Positions 50,462 to 60,361 of a stretch of DNA of 64,000 nt are shown piece after piece (position 1 is the stretch's first letter; each line of letters starts with the position of its first letter). The translations under genes and the position numbers were made by a program. Below the pieces are notes generated by a model. That model ran no database searches and was not told where the DNA came from. It saw only the letters and a list, made by a program, of their open reading frames with translations. Source of the DNA: Candidatus Enterousia sp. (GTDB taxonomy: Bacteria; Pseudomonadota; Alphaproteobacteria; Rs-D84); NCBI GenBank assembly GCA_045645065.1, contig JAZRIB010000005.1, positions 33,746 through 97,745 of the forward strand, in the 5' to 3' direction.

Positions 50462-51357
50462 TTTTTTATTTCGCTTATTATTTTGAATATTGCAATTTCT
50501 GGTTCCAGATATATACGATTAACGTCTGCGATTGCATGTGTTACCATCGGATATAAATCGGCTAAGCCAAAATAAGCCACTGCATCCAACAGTATTGGAT
50601 ATATTTCAGGGCTTGGTGCGATTTTTTTTGCGATTGTCATCATGTCGCCCGCATTTGCGCGTGGATTGTTTAATGTCGCAATCAAATTTTCATACAGCAC
50701 ATCCCCGCCTGATGATTTTAGGTTGGCAATTTTACCAAAGCATCCATTTGCCAACCGCAATGTATCTGTGCTTATGTCTTCTTCGGGCATAAAACGTGCG
50801 CACAGTTCCCGCATCTGGGATATTGTCAATGGGCGCATTTTTTCAACGCGCGCACGTGAACGTACGGTTGGTAAAACGTTGGATAATTGGTGTACAACCA
50901 ATAAAAACAACGTCTGTGCAGGCGGTTCTTCCAATAACTTCAAAATAGCATTTGATGCCGCCGCGTTTAATTCATCGACCGAGTCTATTAAAATCACGCG
51001 CCATCCCCCCGACATAGACGACATCTGCATTTTATCAATCATTGCGCGTACGGTATATACAGAAATTACTTTGCCATCTGGCTTTGGTTTGCCGTCTTTA
51101 TCAATATTTCGTTCTTGGTCAACGATAAAGAAATCTCCAATATTTCCGTAAACCATTTTAGCGATTTTATATGCCAATGTTGCTTTTCCGATACCGCGTG
51201 GCCCAGTCAGCATCCATACAGGATGAATTGGGTGCTTGTCGCGATTGTCCCACGCGTCCATAAATGTGCGCAGTGTATCCGTATGTCCCACCAATGACTC
51301 GCATTCCATTGGATGTGGAAAATTGTATTCAGAATTCTTTTTTTTCTTTGGTGCCAT
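50452..51357 (-). CDS. holB: DNA polymerase III delta-prime subunit
   Basis: LVGHTDTLRTFMDAW, GPRGIGKATLAYKIAKMV and a SRAR-like motif. 10-nt overlap with tatD. Confidence 0.8.
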   Translation of the reverse strand: MAPKKKKNSEYNFPHPMECESLVGHTDTLRTFMDAWDNRDKHPIHPVWMLTGPRGIGKATLAYKIAKMVYGNIGDFFIVDQERNIDKDGKPKPDGKVISVYTVRAMIDKMQMSSMSGGWRVILIDSVDELNAAASNAILKLLEEPPAQTLFLLVVHQLSNVLPTVRSRARVEKMRPLTISQMRELCARFMPEEDISTDTLRLANGCFGKIANLKSSGGDVLYENLIATLNNPRANAGDMMTIAKKIAPSPEIYPILLDAVAYFGLADLYPMVTHAIADVNRIYLEPEIAIFKIISEIKKCL

Positions 51358-51361
51358 TTGT

Positions 51362-52567
51362 TTATATCCCGAAAATTACCCTGATGTTTTTAATTACACG
51401 TCCAAAGAACTGAATTTTACGTACTCTGTCCTTGGCAACCAGTGGTGCGCGCGTAATAACACGACCATTTTGTTCTGCGATTAATTCGCCAATTTGTGCC
51501 CCCGCATCAATTGGTGCAGCAATCGGATCGTCAAATCGTGCTAAGACGCGAATGTTTTTCATTCCATCTTTTTTATCGACTGTAATTGCAAATGGCTTTT
51601 CAACAGTTGCAGCAACAGAATCCGCCTTGCCATACCACACAGGGATATCAACCACTTTGTCGCCCGGTCGATAGAATACTTTGGTTGTTGTGGTGTTGAA
51701 TCCGTGTGTTAACAGTTTTTTCATCTCGTTGGCCAGTGCATCGTGTCCTTTGCCGTTAAATCCATTTATAATCCCGACCAGACGACGTCCGCCAACCTTG
51801 GCACTGGCGACCATTCCATATCCGCCATCGTTTGTATGTCCTGTTTTCAGACCGTCTGCCCCCGGCATAATGAATAACAGTTTGTTGTAATTTACCGTAT
51901 GTGTCCGTCCCCATTCACGACACCAGTCGGTCTGGTGTTCATCAAATTCGAAACGTTTTGTCGCGAACATCGGGTACAGTTCTGGATAATCCCCAATCAG
52001 GTGTATTGCCAATGTTGCCAATTCTCGACTGGTCATCAGATTGTTTGGGTTTGGTAATCCACTTGCGTTTCCAAACGTTGATTGTTCCATTCCGATACTG
52101 CGTGCTTTTTGTTCCATTAATTGGGTGAATGCCTGTTCAGAACCGGCTAATTTTTCCGCCACCACCACAGATGCATCGCCGCCTGATAAAACAATCAACC
52201 CCAAAATCAAATCACGTACGGTAATTGTTTGACCCGCAACCAGACATATTTTACTGGCTGGATACCATTCTGGGCGATTATAGTCTGCATTTTCCCCAAC
52301 CGTAATACGGTCATCCAGCGTCAGGTTGCCTGCCTTAACTTCATCAAACAATACCGCCAACGTCATCAGTTTTATCATAGATGACGGCGGCATCAATTTG
52401 TCTGCATTTTTTGCGACAATTTCCGTCCCAGAATCATAATCGATTAAGAATGCAGATTTTGCCTTGGTCTTGAATTCTGTGGCATTTGCCACGCCACAAA
52501 CGAATGTTAAAAATAATATAAATAATTTCTTTTTCATGCTTTGGATAATAGCAATATAAAACGCCAT
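51362..52567 (-). CDS. D-alanyl-D-alanine carboxypeptidase (PBP5/6 family)
   Basis: Signal peptide and the SxxK active-site motif PPSSMIKLMT (the SGN/KTG motifs were not located). C-terminal beta-sandwich. Confidence 0.85.
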   Translation of the reverse strand: MAFYIAIIQSMKKKLFILFLTFVCGVANATEFKTKAKSAFLIDYDSGTEIVAKNADKLMPPSSMIKLMTLAVLFDEVKAGNLTLDDRITVGENADYNRPEWYPASKICLVAGQTITVRDLILGLIVLSGGDASVVVAEKLAGSEQAFTQLMEQKARSIGMEQSTFGNASGLPNPNNLMTSRELATLAIHLIGDYPELYPMFATKRFEFDEHQTDWCREWGRTHTVNYNKLLFIMPGADGLKTGHTNDGGYGMVASAKVGGRRLVGIINGFNGKGHDALANEMKKLLTHGFNTTTTKVFYRPGDKVVDIPVWYGKADSVAATVEKPFAITVDKKDGMKNIRVLARFDDPIAAPIDAGAQIGELIAEQNGRVITRAPLVAKDRVRKIQFFGRVIKNIRVIFGI

Positions 52568-52613
52568 TTCAAACAGATTTTTTATAAAAAAAGAACCCGC
52601 ATAACGCGGGCGA

Positions 52614-52985
52614 TTATTTTTGCTTTGATTTTTGTGTGTTTAACATATTGCACAACTCTTGATAACGTGTTTCAACACTGTCGCGCGCATATTGATTAAG
52701 CATTGTTCTGTATATTTCCTGGGTGCGTGGCGCGCAACCGCGTGCATTTTTGTATTTATTGTGTAATTCTTCATATCGCACCATGCGCGCGTTCAAGACT
52801 GAATCTTGTAACGTTTCAACTGTGGCTCGTTCTTTTGGTCTGATGGTTTCGCCCGGTGTGTAAAAGTCGGTTTTGTCAAATTGTTTTTGCATCTTGCCCA
52901 TAGCGGCGTATATCGGCAATACAAAAATAAGTGCAACGAATAACCCCGCTGCATCGTTTGAGTTTTGATTGTGTTTGTTTGTCAT
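52614..52985 (-). CDS. Hypothetical small membrane protein (123 aa, one TM)
   Basis: ORF only. Confidence 0.35.
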   Translation of the reverse strand: MTNKHNQNSNDAAGLFVALIFVLPIYAAMGKMQKQFDKTDFYTPGETIRPKERATVETLQDSVLNARMVRYEELHNKYKNARGCAPRTQEIYRTMLNQYARDSVETRYQELCNMLNTQKSKQK

Positions 52986-53030
52986 TCTTATACCTTATGT
53001 GCGAAAAAGTAATACAGTTATTTGCGTTTG

Positions 53031-54263
53031 TTAAGTGTTAAGGGTTCCAATAAACGTGTCACCAACAACATCTGTCAAAATTAAATCACAAATTGTACGT
53101 GGTGGGATATGTGCGCCGTCAATTTTTACAGAAATGTCGTGTGGACAACGTGCAATATTGTTTTCTTCAACTAACACTTGAACGTGTTGCCGCAACTGTT
53201 TTTGCATAAATTTAGCGCGATTTGTATTTGCAGCATCGTTTATTGTCTTAACTCGCTGTTTAGAAATGGCGCGATTCACTTGGTTTGGCATAGTCGCCGC
53301 CACAGTGTCAGGGCGGGGCGAATATGGAAAAGCATGAATTTTAATTGGCTTTAATTCGTGAACAAGATTCAGTGTTTCATTAAACAGTTCTTCTGATTCT
53401 CCTGGGAATCCACAGATTATATCCCAACTAAATGTAATATCATCGCCCGCCATTTGAACCCATTTACGAACTGTGTCTGCTGTGTGACGGCGACGCATTG
53501 CGCCCAGTATTGTATCTGAACCCGACTGCATTGAAAAATGCATATGTGGCATCATACGTTTATCAGATTTAATCAGTTCTATGATTTTTCCAACCTCACT
53601 CACCGCTGGGTCCATAGACGACAGACGCAGTCTTTGTATCCCCGGCACGTCGGCCAATAACTTTTTGCACAAATCAGAAATCATAAAAGCCTTGCCATCA
53701 TCAAGACGTGCGTATGATGCAATATCTACGCCGGTCAGAACGATTTCGCCAAAACCGTTATTTACCGCCGTGCGTACATCTGCCAAGATTTCGTCATATT
53801 CAAATGAAACCGCGCGTCCACGCAACAGGCGTGTCACACAGTACGTACAATCGTGATTGCACCCATTTTGAATCTGAATAAACTTTTTAGATAATTTTTC
53901 ATCTGTATCACGGAAATTATCTATGCGGGCATGCCCAACGATGTTACATGGTGTGCGTTCCATTGCATCTGTGTACGCGTTAATATTTCTTTTTTGGAAA
54001 TTATCTATCACTATTACGTTTGGTATATCACAAAACAATGCCGGGTTACGAGTTGCCGCACATCCCGTCACAAAAATAGGGGTGTTTGGATTTTCGCGTG
54101 CGGTACGGCGAACGAATTGTCCAGATTGACGTTCTGCTTCACCGGTCACTGCGCATGTATTGACTACAATTGCTGTATCAACAACGGCTGCCAACATATT
54201 TTGAATCTTTTCAGATTCTAATGCATTCAATCGACATCCAAAAGATAGTGTTTTTATACTCAT
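53031..54263 (-). CDS. Radical-SAM methylthiotransferase, MtaB/MiaB-like (tRNA ms2t6A/ms2i6A)
   Basis: N-terminal MTTase domain (FGCRLN), CNHDCTYC radical-SAM motif, C-terminal TRAM region. At 410 aa it is closer to MtaB than MiaB. Confidence 0.8.
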   Translation of the reverse strand: MSIKTLSFGCRLNALESEKIQNMLAAVVDTAIVVNTCAVTGEAERQSGQFVRRTARENPNTPIFVTGCAATRNPALFCDIPNVIVIDNFQKRNINAYTDAMERTPCNIVGHARIDNFRDTDEKLSKKFIQIQNGCNHDCTYCVTRLLRGRAVSFEYDEILADVRTAVNNGFGEIVLTGVDIASYARLDDGKAFMISDLCKKLLADVPGIQRLRLSSMDPAVSEVGKIIELIKSDKRMMPHMHFSMQSGSDTILGAMRRRHTADTVRKWVQMAGDDITFSWDIICGFPGESEELFNETLNLVHELKPIKIHAFPYSPRPDTVAATMPNQVNRAISKQRVKTINDAANTNRAKFMQKQLRQHVQVLVEENNIARCPHDISVKIDGAHIPPRTICDLILTDVVGDTFIGTLNT

Positions 54264-54339
54264 TGTTGTTCAATTATACTTCTGTCTAAAACAAATTCAA
54301 GTCCCCATATGTTATTAAAAATCCCCTGACGGGGGATTT

Positions 54340-54807
54340 TTATCTTTGCTTAGAATCGATATTTGCATATTTATACTTGGCGCGTTTTCTGCACTCTTCT
54401 TTCAGGGTCTGTTCATGTCTCAGAATTAATCTTGAATACTCTTTTAATGTTGGTTGTTTTCCATAAATTGGTTTGTATATAAGGCTTGCGCTATCAACAG
54501 GTTGTTGCCGCCATGTCAGTTTTTCCACCATGTTCAGTTCATTACGTATACGATAAAAGTCTTCAACGTACAATGTGTGACTTTTAATACTGGCCTTAAT
54601 ATCCTTGTCCTGAACCACGATTTGACGCTGTGGGTTTGGAACATTTTCAACTGGATTAAATTTTTCCAATTGAGGTGTGGCAAGTATTTGTCTGCCTACC
54701 AGATTCAGCCCCAGCACAGATGCTACAAAAATCAAAGCCGGACGAATGTTGTAATTACTATTTCTGCCCAGTCTGCGCTGCCAAATATCATTAGTGTTTT
54801 TTGTCAT
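54340..54807 (-). CDS. Hypothetical signal-anchored protein (155 aa)
   Basis: ORF only. Confidence 0.35.
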   Translation of the reverse strand: MTKNTNDIWQRRLGRNSNYNIRPALIFVASVLGLNLVGRQILATPQLEKFNPVENVPNPQRQIVVQDKDIKASIKSHTLYVEDFYRIRNELNMVEKLTWRQQPVDSASLIYKPIYGKQPTLKEYSRLILRHEQTLKEECRKRAKYKYANIDSKQR

Positions 54808-54984
54808 TTTTCGCCTTTTTCTTTATCGATACATAATTATTTTAGTGCAAAAATATATTTTGTCAATATTTTGTAAAAAATCAAAGCATTAATTTTTTTA
54901 GAAATTTTTATTTTTCTGCTTGCATTTTTGCTATCTATAAGGCATTATAACCAGGCTAAAAATTATTTCAACAAAGGATATAAA

Positions 54985-55377
54985 ATGGCCCGTACAACAA
55001 ATTCAGACACATTACCATATGTAGAAAGCCGTTATGAACTGGGGATGTTGGCATCTCAACGCGTTCGTGATTTGAACGGTGGTGCGGAACCGGTTGTGGA
55101 AAAAAACAAAGATAAATTGACAGTTGTTGCATTGCGCGAAATTGCCAGTGGTAAATTGGATGTAAACGCTGTACGTCACGAATTTGTTCAGTCTTACAAA
55201 GAAGCACCTGCTGTTGCAGATGGTGAAGAATCTTTGGAAATCGGTACCGAAGATCCATTGTTGCGTGAAATTGATGCGGAATTGGAAAATGCGTTGACTG
55301 ATGATGCGCCAATTGCGGATGCAGGGGACGTTATGGACGAAGTAATGGCGGACGATGTCGCCATTGACGAAGAATAA
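54985..55377 (+). CDS. rpoZ: DNA-directed RNA polymerase omega subunit
   Basis: MARTT..D....ESRYELGMLASQRVRDL is the typical RpoZ N-terminus. Start set at the internal ATG (54985). Acidic C-terminal tail. Confidence 0.85.
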   Translation: MARTTNSDTLPYVESRYELGMLASQRVRDLNGGAEPVVEKNKDKLTVVALREIASGKLDVNAVRHEFVQSYKEAPAVADGEESLEIGTEDPLLREIDAELENALTDDAPIADAGDVMDEVMADDVAIDEE

Positions 55378-55392
55378 CAAGGTCAAAGACTC

Positions 55393-55483
55393 GGAGTCGT
55401 CGCATAGTTGGTCTAGTGCGCTACATTGGAAATGTAGTATACTCGCAAGGGTATCAAGGGTTCGAATCCCTTCGACTCCGCCA
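55393..55483 (+). tRNA. tRNA-Ser (anticodon GGA)
   Basis: Acceptor GGAGTCG/CGACTCC, anticodon stem-loop CTACA-TTGGAAA-TGTAG, long variable arm, T-arm AAGGGTTCGAATCCCTT, CCA. Confidence 0.8.
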
Positions 55484-55522
55484 CAAAAATCAAACGCCCA
55501 AATTGGGCGTTTTATTTTTGTG
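55477..55522 (+). repeat. Direct repeat DR1 (attL-like): last 7 nt of tRNA-Ser(GGA) plus its terminator hairpin
   Basis: TCCGCCACAAAAATCAAACGCCCAAATTGGGCGTTTTATTTTTGTG. A near-identical copy lies at 60118-60165. Confidence 0.6.
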
Positions 55523-55649
55523 TTGACAGTTAAGAAAAAGCATATTAACATTAGTAGCGTGACTTGTGATAATTAATATTATCATAAGCATTGTCCACTA
55601 ATGTGGATAGATATAAATAGGGTTCATCGCCCAAAACTCAAAGGAGTTA

Positions 55650-56624
55650 ATGATGAAAAAAATTTACGACGATCCCAATGTCGTTATATACTCAAAAACT
55701 GAAACAGATCCCGTCTTTCAAGAAATAAAAACCTCTGATGGCAAACTTTTTAATACGCCAAAACCAACGATTTATGACCTGGGAATTGGGCTGGGGGCTG
55801 CGGAATTGATGTTTATAAACCCAAATACCGGCGAATGGCTACATGGTGGCGATGGTGAAATTATACCAATAAGCAAAAAGTCGAATAAAGTTGTGTTTAA
55901 CGAAAAAGTCTGGTCGTTAAGTGGTTTGGCGACGCATTTGCAAAGTAAATACCCCGAATCTAAATGTTCGGATGCCCAAGTGTATGATTTTTTTGCCTAC
56001 GTATATGAAGGTCGTACATTGGCAAAGATGGAGCGTGAGTTTTTGGAAAAATACTATAACATTTCCATACAAAGGGGGCGTTTTGAATTGTTGGCAGAAC
56101 AAAGGTATTTAGCAGAACAAAAACAATACGACGCAAATGATTTACATAACGATGTATATAAAATCGTAGATTGGCAAAACGATGATTTGACATCTGTAAA
56201 AGGGTTTAAATGGACTATAGATGGTACAAAATTTGCTGGCGAAACACGAAAGTTTAAAGAAATGTTCAAGCAAATCATTTCTTGTTTATATAATCATGCT
56301 CCACAGGTTTTGGATGTTGAGATGATACGCATCTTGTCGAACTCCGACGCATTATTTAATCCTACAATTAAAAAAATTATTAGTGTTTCTGGTGAAGTAC
56401 CTGTGGTAAATGGTAATATTGGTGGGTTAGAAGTTTCAAATATGCCAAATAATCATAGACATATTGATACGTATACCGATAGCATGTGGATAGAGGTGGT
56501 GTCTGGCTGGCTTTACATTTGGGGGCTATATTCCAATAATGATTTAAAAAAGAAGCTACAAGCGCTATTAAAGTTATACGGAATAGAGCCGAATAAGCTT
56601 ACAATATCAATTCAAGAACGCTAA
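55650..56624 (+). CDS. Hypothetical protein (324 aa), first gene of the candidate island
   Basis: ORF with a GGAG RBS. No family recognised. Confidence 0.45.
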   Translation: MMKKIYDDPNVVIYSKTETDPVFQEIKTSDGKLFNTPKPTIYDLGIGLGAAELMFINPNTGEWLHGGDGEIIPISKKSNKVVFNEKVWSLSGLATHLQSKYPESKCSDAQVYDFFAYVYEGRTLAKMEREFLEKYYNISIQRGRFELLAEQRYLAEQKQYDANDLHNDVYKIVDWQNDDLTSVKGFKWTIDGTKFAGETRKFKEMFKQIISCLYNHAPQVLDVEMIRILSNSDALFNPTIKKIISVSGEVPVVNGNIGGLEVSNMPNNHRHIDTYTDSMWIEVVSGWLYIWGLYSNNDLKKKLQALLKLYGIEPNKLTISIQER

Positions 56625-56655
56625 AATAAAAGACATCGCTATTTGGCGATGTTTT

Positions 56656-57714
56656 TTATTTGTGCAAAGTGTAAAACACGCCACGGGTTGTGCCTTGCTT
56701 TGATATGTGTCCCCGTTTAACCAACGCTTGTACCGCCTTGCGAATGGTTTCTGGATTTTTATCCATCGCAGATACAATCTGTGGCATGGTCAATTCTGGT
56801 GTTTTATGAAACAGTTCCAAAATCTGATTCTGTGTTGCAGACAGTTTTGCAACACTTGCACCACGTGCCTTTGCGATTTTGTCTTCCAGTTGGCGTTTTT
56901 GTGCAACCAATGCCCGAACAAAGAAAGTCAGCCATGGTTCATAGTTGATCTTGTCGCCCCAGATGGTTTTTTGCGTGCCACGTAATGCACGATAGTATGC
57001 GTCCTTGGTCGCTTCTATAATAGACTCCATAGATGCATATGGCATATATGTATATCCACTTTTCAGCATCAGCATAACAGTCAATGCACGCGACAAACGC
57101 CCATTACCATCGGTAAATGGATGGATGGACAGAAAATGTATCACAAACACCCCAATAGCAATAATAGGGTGAAAGAATTTGTCGGCCAACGCATCATTGG
57201 TCCATTTTACTGTTTCACTCATCAGGCGTGGCGTATCAAATGGTGTAGCGGTTTCGAATATAGAACCGATTTCATTACCGTTTGCGTCAAATGCAGCGAC
57301 ACGGTTGCCGTCTTTTTTATATTCGCCACGATGGCGGGTGTCCTTGTCAGAGTAATTCAATAATATTTTATGCAACTGCTTAATATAATTCTCACTAAGC
57401 GGTATAGACGCATAGTTTTCAAATATGGTATTGATTACATCTGAATATCCGGCAACTTCCTGCTCGTCTCTGGTGGCAAATGACTGACGATTGATATTGG
57501 CAAATAATGCCTCAATTTCAGTATCTGTCATACGATTGCCTTCTATACGATTAGATGACCCAACAGATTCAATTGTTGCAACACGACGCATAACACGCAG
57601 ATCATCTGCGGACAGTTTTACTGCCCCGCCAGTCCACGCACCATTAAATGCATCAATCTCGGCAATGCCGTTCAGCATTTCTGGGGTTATAATAATATCT
57701 CGATTATTAGGCAT
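56656..57714 (-). CDS. Fic-family protein (class II, N-terminal inhibitory SxxxEG motif) with C-terminal winged-helix domain
   Basis: Fic motif HPFTDGNGRLSRAL. Inhibitory-helix motif SNRIEG lies upstream in the same polypeptide. C-terminal HTH-like region (KNPETIRKAVQALVKRGHISKQGTTRGVFY). Confidence 0.85.
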   Translation of the reverse strand: MPNNRDIIITPEMLNGIAEIDAFNGAWTGGAVKLSADDLRVMRRVATIESVGSSNRIEGNRMTDTEIEALFANINRQSFATRDEQEVAGYSDVINTIFENYASIPLSENYIKQLHKILLNYSDKDTRHRGEYKKDGNRVAAFDANGNEIGSIFETATPFDTPRLMSETVKWTNDALADKFFHPIIAIGVFVIHFLSIHPFTDGNGRLSRALTVMLMLKSGYTYMPYASMESIIEATKDAYYRALRGTQKTIWGDKINYEPWLTFFVRALVAQKRQLEDKIAKARGASVAKLSATQNQILELFHKTPELTMPQIVSAMDKNPETIRKAVQALVKRGHISKQGTTRGVFYTLHK

Positions 57715-57809
57715 ACCAAATCCTTTTTATGTTTTACCAGATTTTACCAGATGATTCCCAGAAAGTCAATATTTTTCCCAGATAGCACATCGGCTTTATT
57801 GCGATATAA

Positions 57810-58487
57810 TCATTCTTCTATGTTGGAATATGATATGGCTTCATCTATTTTGTCCATCAACAAGCTAGCAAAAATCAATCGCTTTATAGCCATGTCCTTC
57901 GATATGATCTGATTTTCGTGTGCCTTGGGGTTTCTTATGCCTGTCATTGCGCCAGCAAATATGTTCATATATCCAATTTGGACATCTTTGCCAGTCTGTG
58001 TTTCTATGTTCTCAAAAGTTAACAGTGGGTTATTAGGCGAAAATACATGATTCATTAGGGCACTACCGTCTAGTTCCTCATTTCGAAATTTGCGATATAA
58101 CTTCTTTAATCTAGAGTTAATTTCCTTGAATGCAGACTCTACACAATCGGCATATTGTTGTGCTAGGAATTTGGGTTGTATAATTGGCAACAATAAGGGG
58201 TGAATACACTTCCAGAAAGGTTCGTCCCGAGCCTGTAAAATATGACGTCGTAAAAGCTCTAGATTTTTTGATATAATGCCAGCTTCTGGTAGTGTCATAT
58301 ATTCCGTTGCTGTATACAATAAATTGTCGGATATTTTCTTCCAATACATAGTGTCTTCCAGGTGGTTTTCATAGATAAAATCCGTAAGACTCCTATGGAA
58401 ACTGACGTATTCTGGGGTATTAAATCTGAACTTTCCCTTATAATCATGCAGTTTATAAAATTCGTTTATAATATCATCAATATTCAT
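57810..58487 (-). CDS. Hypoth_ymh/TIGR02391-like protein (abortive-infection-associated domain family)
   Basis: C-terminal FAGAMTGIRNPKAHENQIISKDMAIKRLIFASLLMDKID matches the conserved GxRNxxAH core of this family. Confidence 0.5.
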   Translation of the reverse strand: MNIDDIINEFYKLHDYKGKFRFNTPEYVSFHRSLTDFIYENHLEDTMYWKKISDNLLYTATEYMTLPEAGIISKNLELLRRHILQARDEPFWKCIHPLLLPIIQPKFLAQQYADCVESAFKEINSRLKKLYRKFRNEELDGSALMNHVFSPNNPLLTFENIETQTGKDVQIGYMNIFAGAMTGIRNPKAHENQIISKDMAIKRLIFASLLMDKIDEAISYSNIEE

Positions 58488-58815
58488 GTCTATTTATCCT
58501 TTATTCTTGTATATAGGATTTTATATGAAAAATACAAGAGTTTTATAGTGGGAAAATCCCTGTAAATTCCTTGTAAAAATGGAATTTGTATATGGTTGTT
58601 CGTGATAAAATCATACTCCGCCAGTATTCGGGCATGTATGCCGATACAGATAAAAAGCCCGCTCTCTAGCGGGATTTTTCATGCATTGACTCTGGTATGG
58701 ACGAAAACAGCCCATTTTTAGGCGGTGAAATACGGTTTTCTATACAACGCCCTTTTTTCGATAGTCAATGGTAAAAAAACAAAACTTGCACTTCTGCAAG
58801 TTTGTTATTTAACGG

Positions 58816-60024
58816 TTATTTTTTGTCATTGGTGTATTTTCCAATTTGGATATATATGAATGTCGCGATAATCCTTAATACCGCCAATATTATAAGAAGA
58901 TACGGTAATATGTTATATCCACCAAACATACCAACATACATCAATGCAATAGTTCCGCCCCATCTTCCAATAAAAGACATAACCTGGCGCGCGGCAAGGT
59001 ATTCTGCGCGATATGATTGTGTTACTAATTTTGTTTTTGCAAGGTTTAATATATTAACCGAAGACACTTGATCCATCGTCGCAACACCTAATGATACAGC
59101 ACCTGCATATACCAATGTGCTAAATCTGTTAAGTTCAGACATAAGGTATATTATCGATCCGATTAGTAATATTGAACAAAGTCCTACGACCCATTTAAAA
59201 TCTCGATTTGAACAAAAACGTCCAAACAACCACATAGCCATTGCAGTAAGAAGCGCAAAGAATGTTGTCCATGCACCCAAAGTTATATCTGTGTGAAAAA
59301 TATAAACAATGTACAATATTCCCACACTTTCTAATTCATATGCAAGCCCCCGCAAGAATTCTGCTAAAAATAATTTCCTCATACATAGTATCTTCACTGA
59401 TTTATGCATAAAACCGACCAGATCAGCCGATTTTTTAGCATAATTTTGTACAGGCGGCATTATAAATAGTAAATAACATTCAATTACTCCCATAAATACT
59501 AAAAGCCATGCTATATTTTGCAACGAACCTATCGTTATCAACACCCCTAATGTAATCGGGAGCAGAATTTTTACAATATTTGTTATCGCGACATCGGTTC
59601 CATAGAAAAACATCATACGGCATGCAGATACTTTATCTATCACCATTTGCTGTTGTGCCATACTGTATAATGCATGTTGTATACCATACAACATCCCTAA
59701 AATCATAATCCAATTGGCGGCATGAACACCTAACAATGCAATCAAAATTACCAGAATAAGTTGCACAACTATGTGTGATCCAAAAACAACCTTGATATTA
59801 CCATGCTTACATCGGTTTATCATCAAAACAAATGAAGCCATAATGGCAAAATAAAAAAATAAGTCATATATAGATACTGATATAAATTCATTAATTGAAT
59901 TACGTATCAAAAAAGATACAACAAATGTCCCTAAAAATAATTGTGAAATACCACGAAACACAGAAAAACTGATTAATATCCATTCTGTTTTATTTAGTTT
60001 ATACGTGATATCTTTCTCTCTCAT
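58816..60024 (-). CDS. Polytopic membrane protein, MFS-like permease (402 aa)
   Basis: About 12 hydrophobic helices. Terminator at 58778-58812 on the minus strand. Confidence 0.5.
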   Translation of the reverse strand: MREKDITYKLNKTEWILISFSVFRGISQLFLGTFVVSFLIRNSINEFISVSIYDLFFYFAIMASFVLMINRCKHGNIKVVFGSHIVVQLILVILIALLGVHAANWIMILGMLYGIQHALYSMAQQQMVIDKVSACRMMFFYGTDVAITNIVKILLPITLGVLITIGSLQNIAWLLVFMGVIECYLLFIMPPVQNYAKKSADLVGFMHKSVKILCMRKLFLAEFLRGLAYELESVGILYIVYIFHTDITLGAWTTFFALLTAMAMWLFGRFCSNRDFKWVVGLCSILLIGSIIYLMSELNRFSTLVYAGAVSLGVATMDQVSSVNILNLAKTKLVTQSYRAEYLAARQVMSFIGRWGGTIALMYVGMFGGYNILPYLLIILAVLRIIATFIYIQIGKYTNDKK

Positions 60025-60117
60025 GGTATGAGAAAAATATCATATATAAAAATTTAAAACAATAAAAAACTTATTTAGGTATACCAAATTGTGCAATAGA
60101 ATTTTAGTCCGCCAGAA

Positions 60118-60165
60118 ATAATCAAACGCCCCATTGTGGGCGTTTTATTTTTGTGCCGAAATCGG
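60118..60165 (+). repeat. Direct repeat DR2 (attR-like copy of tRNA-Ser(GGA) 3' end plus terminator)
   Basis: TCCGCCAGAAATAATCAAACGCCCCATTGTGGGCGTTTTATTTTTGTG versus DR1, about 42/46 identical with a 2-nt indel. Confidence 0.6.
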
Positions 60166-60340
60166 GGTTCGAACCCGGTAAAGCCACGATAGTGGCGTGG
60201 GTTCGACAAAGAGTAGGTTTTGCAAACATAGTACGGCAAAACCGTTAGGAATGCCCCACAGCACCGCCGTCCGCGGGGCGAGGGAATACTTCGCCCCCGC
60301 CAGGATAATAAAAACACCCCACAAAATACTTGTGGGGGTT
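60166..60340 (+). repeat. tRNA-linked repeat element, copy B (~127 nt), followed by a third degenerate copy of the CCGCCA-N-AAATAAT-hairpin-T-run motif (60286-60340)
   Basis: GGTTCGACAAAGAGTAGGTTTTGCAAACATAGTACGGCAAAACCGT is homologous to copy A. GGGGTTCGAACCCGGTAAAG is homologous to copy G (GGAATTGAACCCGGCCAAG). It ends ...TTCGCCCCCGCCAGGATAATAAAAACACCCC-hairpin. Confidence 0.55.
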
Positions 60341-60361
60341 GATTTTTATTCTTGGGCGGGA

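Larger units (their letters stand above)
55523..60117. mobile_element. Candidate ~4.6 kb genomic island at the tRNA-Ser(GGA) 3' end, bounded by ~46 bp imperfect direct repeats; no integrase recognisable
   Basis: Flanked by DR1/DR2. Carries a Fic protein, a Hypoth_ymh-like protein, an unknown 324 aa protein and an MFS-like permease. Confidence 0.45.

Noticed and set aside
60158-60310. Possible two-piece (permuted) tmRNA gene, suggested by a T-arm-like GGTTCGAAC, a GCAAAC... stretch resembling the start of a tag reading frame, and smpB in the window
   Set aside because: No reading frame from GCA AAC gives a tag ending in the expected hydrophobic ...AA (it reads ANIVRQNR-stop). The same sequence is repeated at two other loci and ends in copies of neighbouring tRNA 3' ends. 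I treat it as a repeat element, not ssrA.
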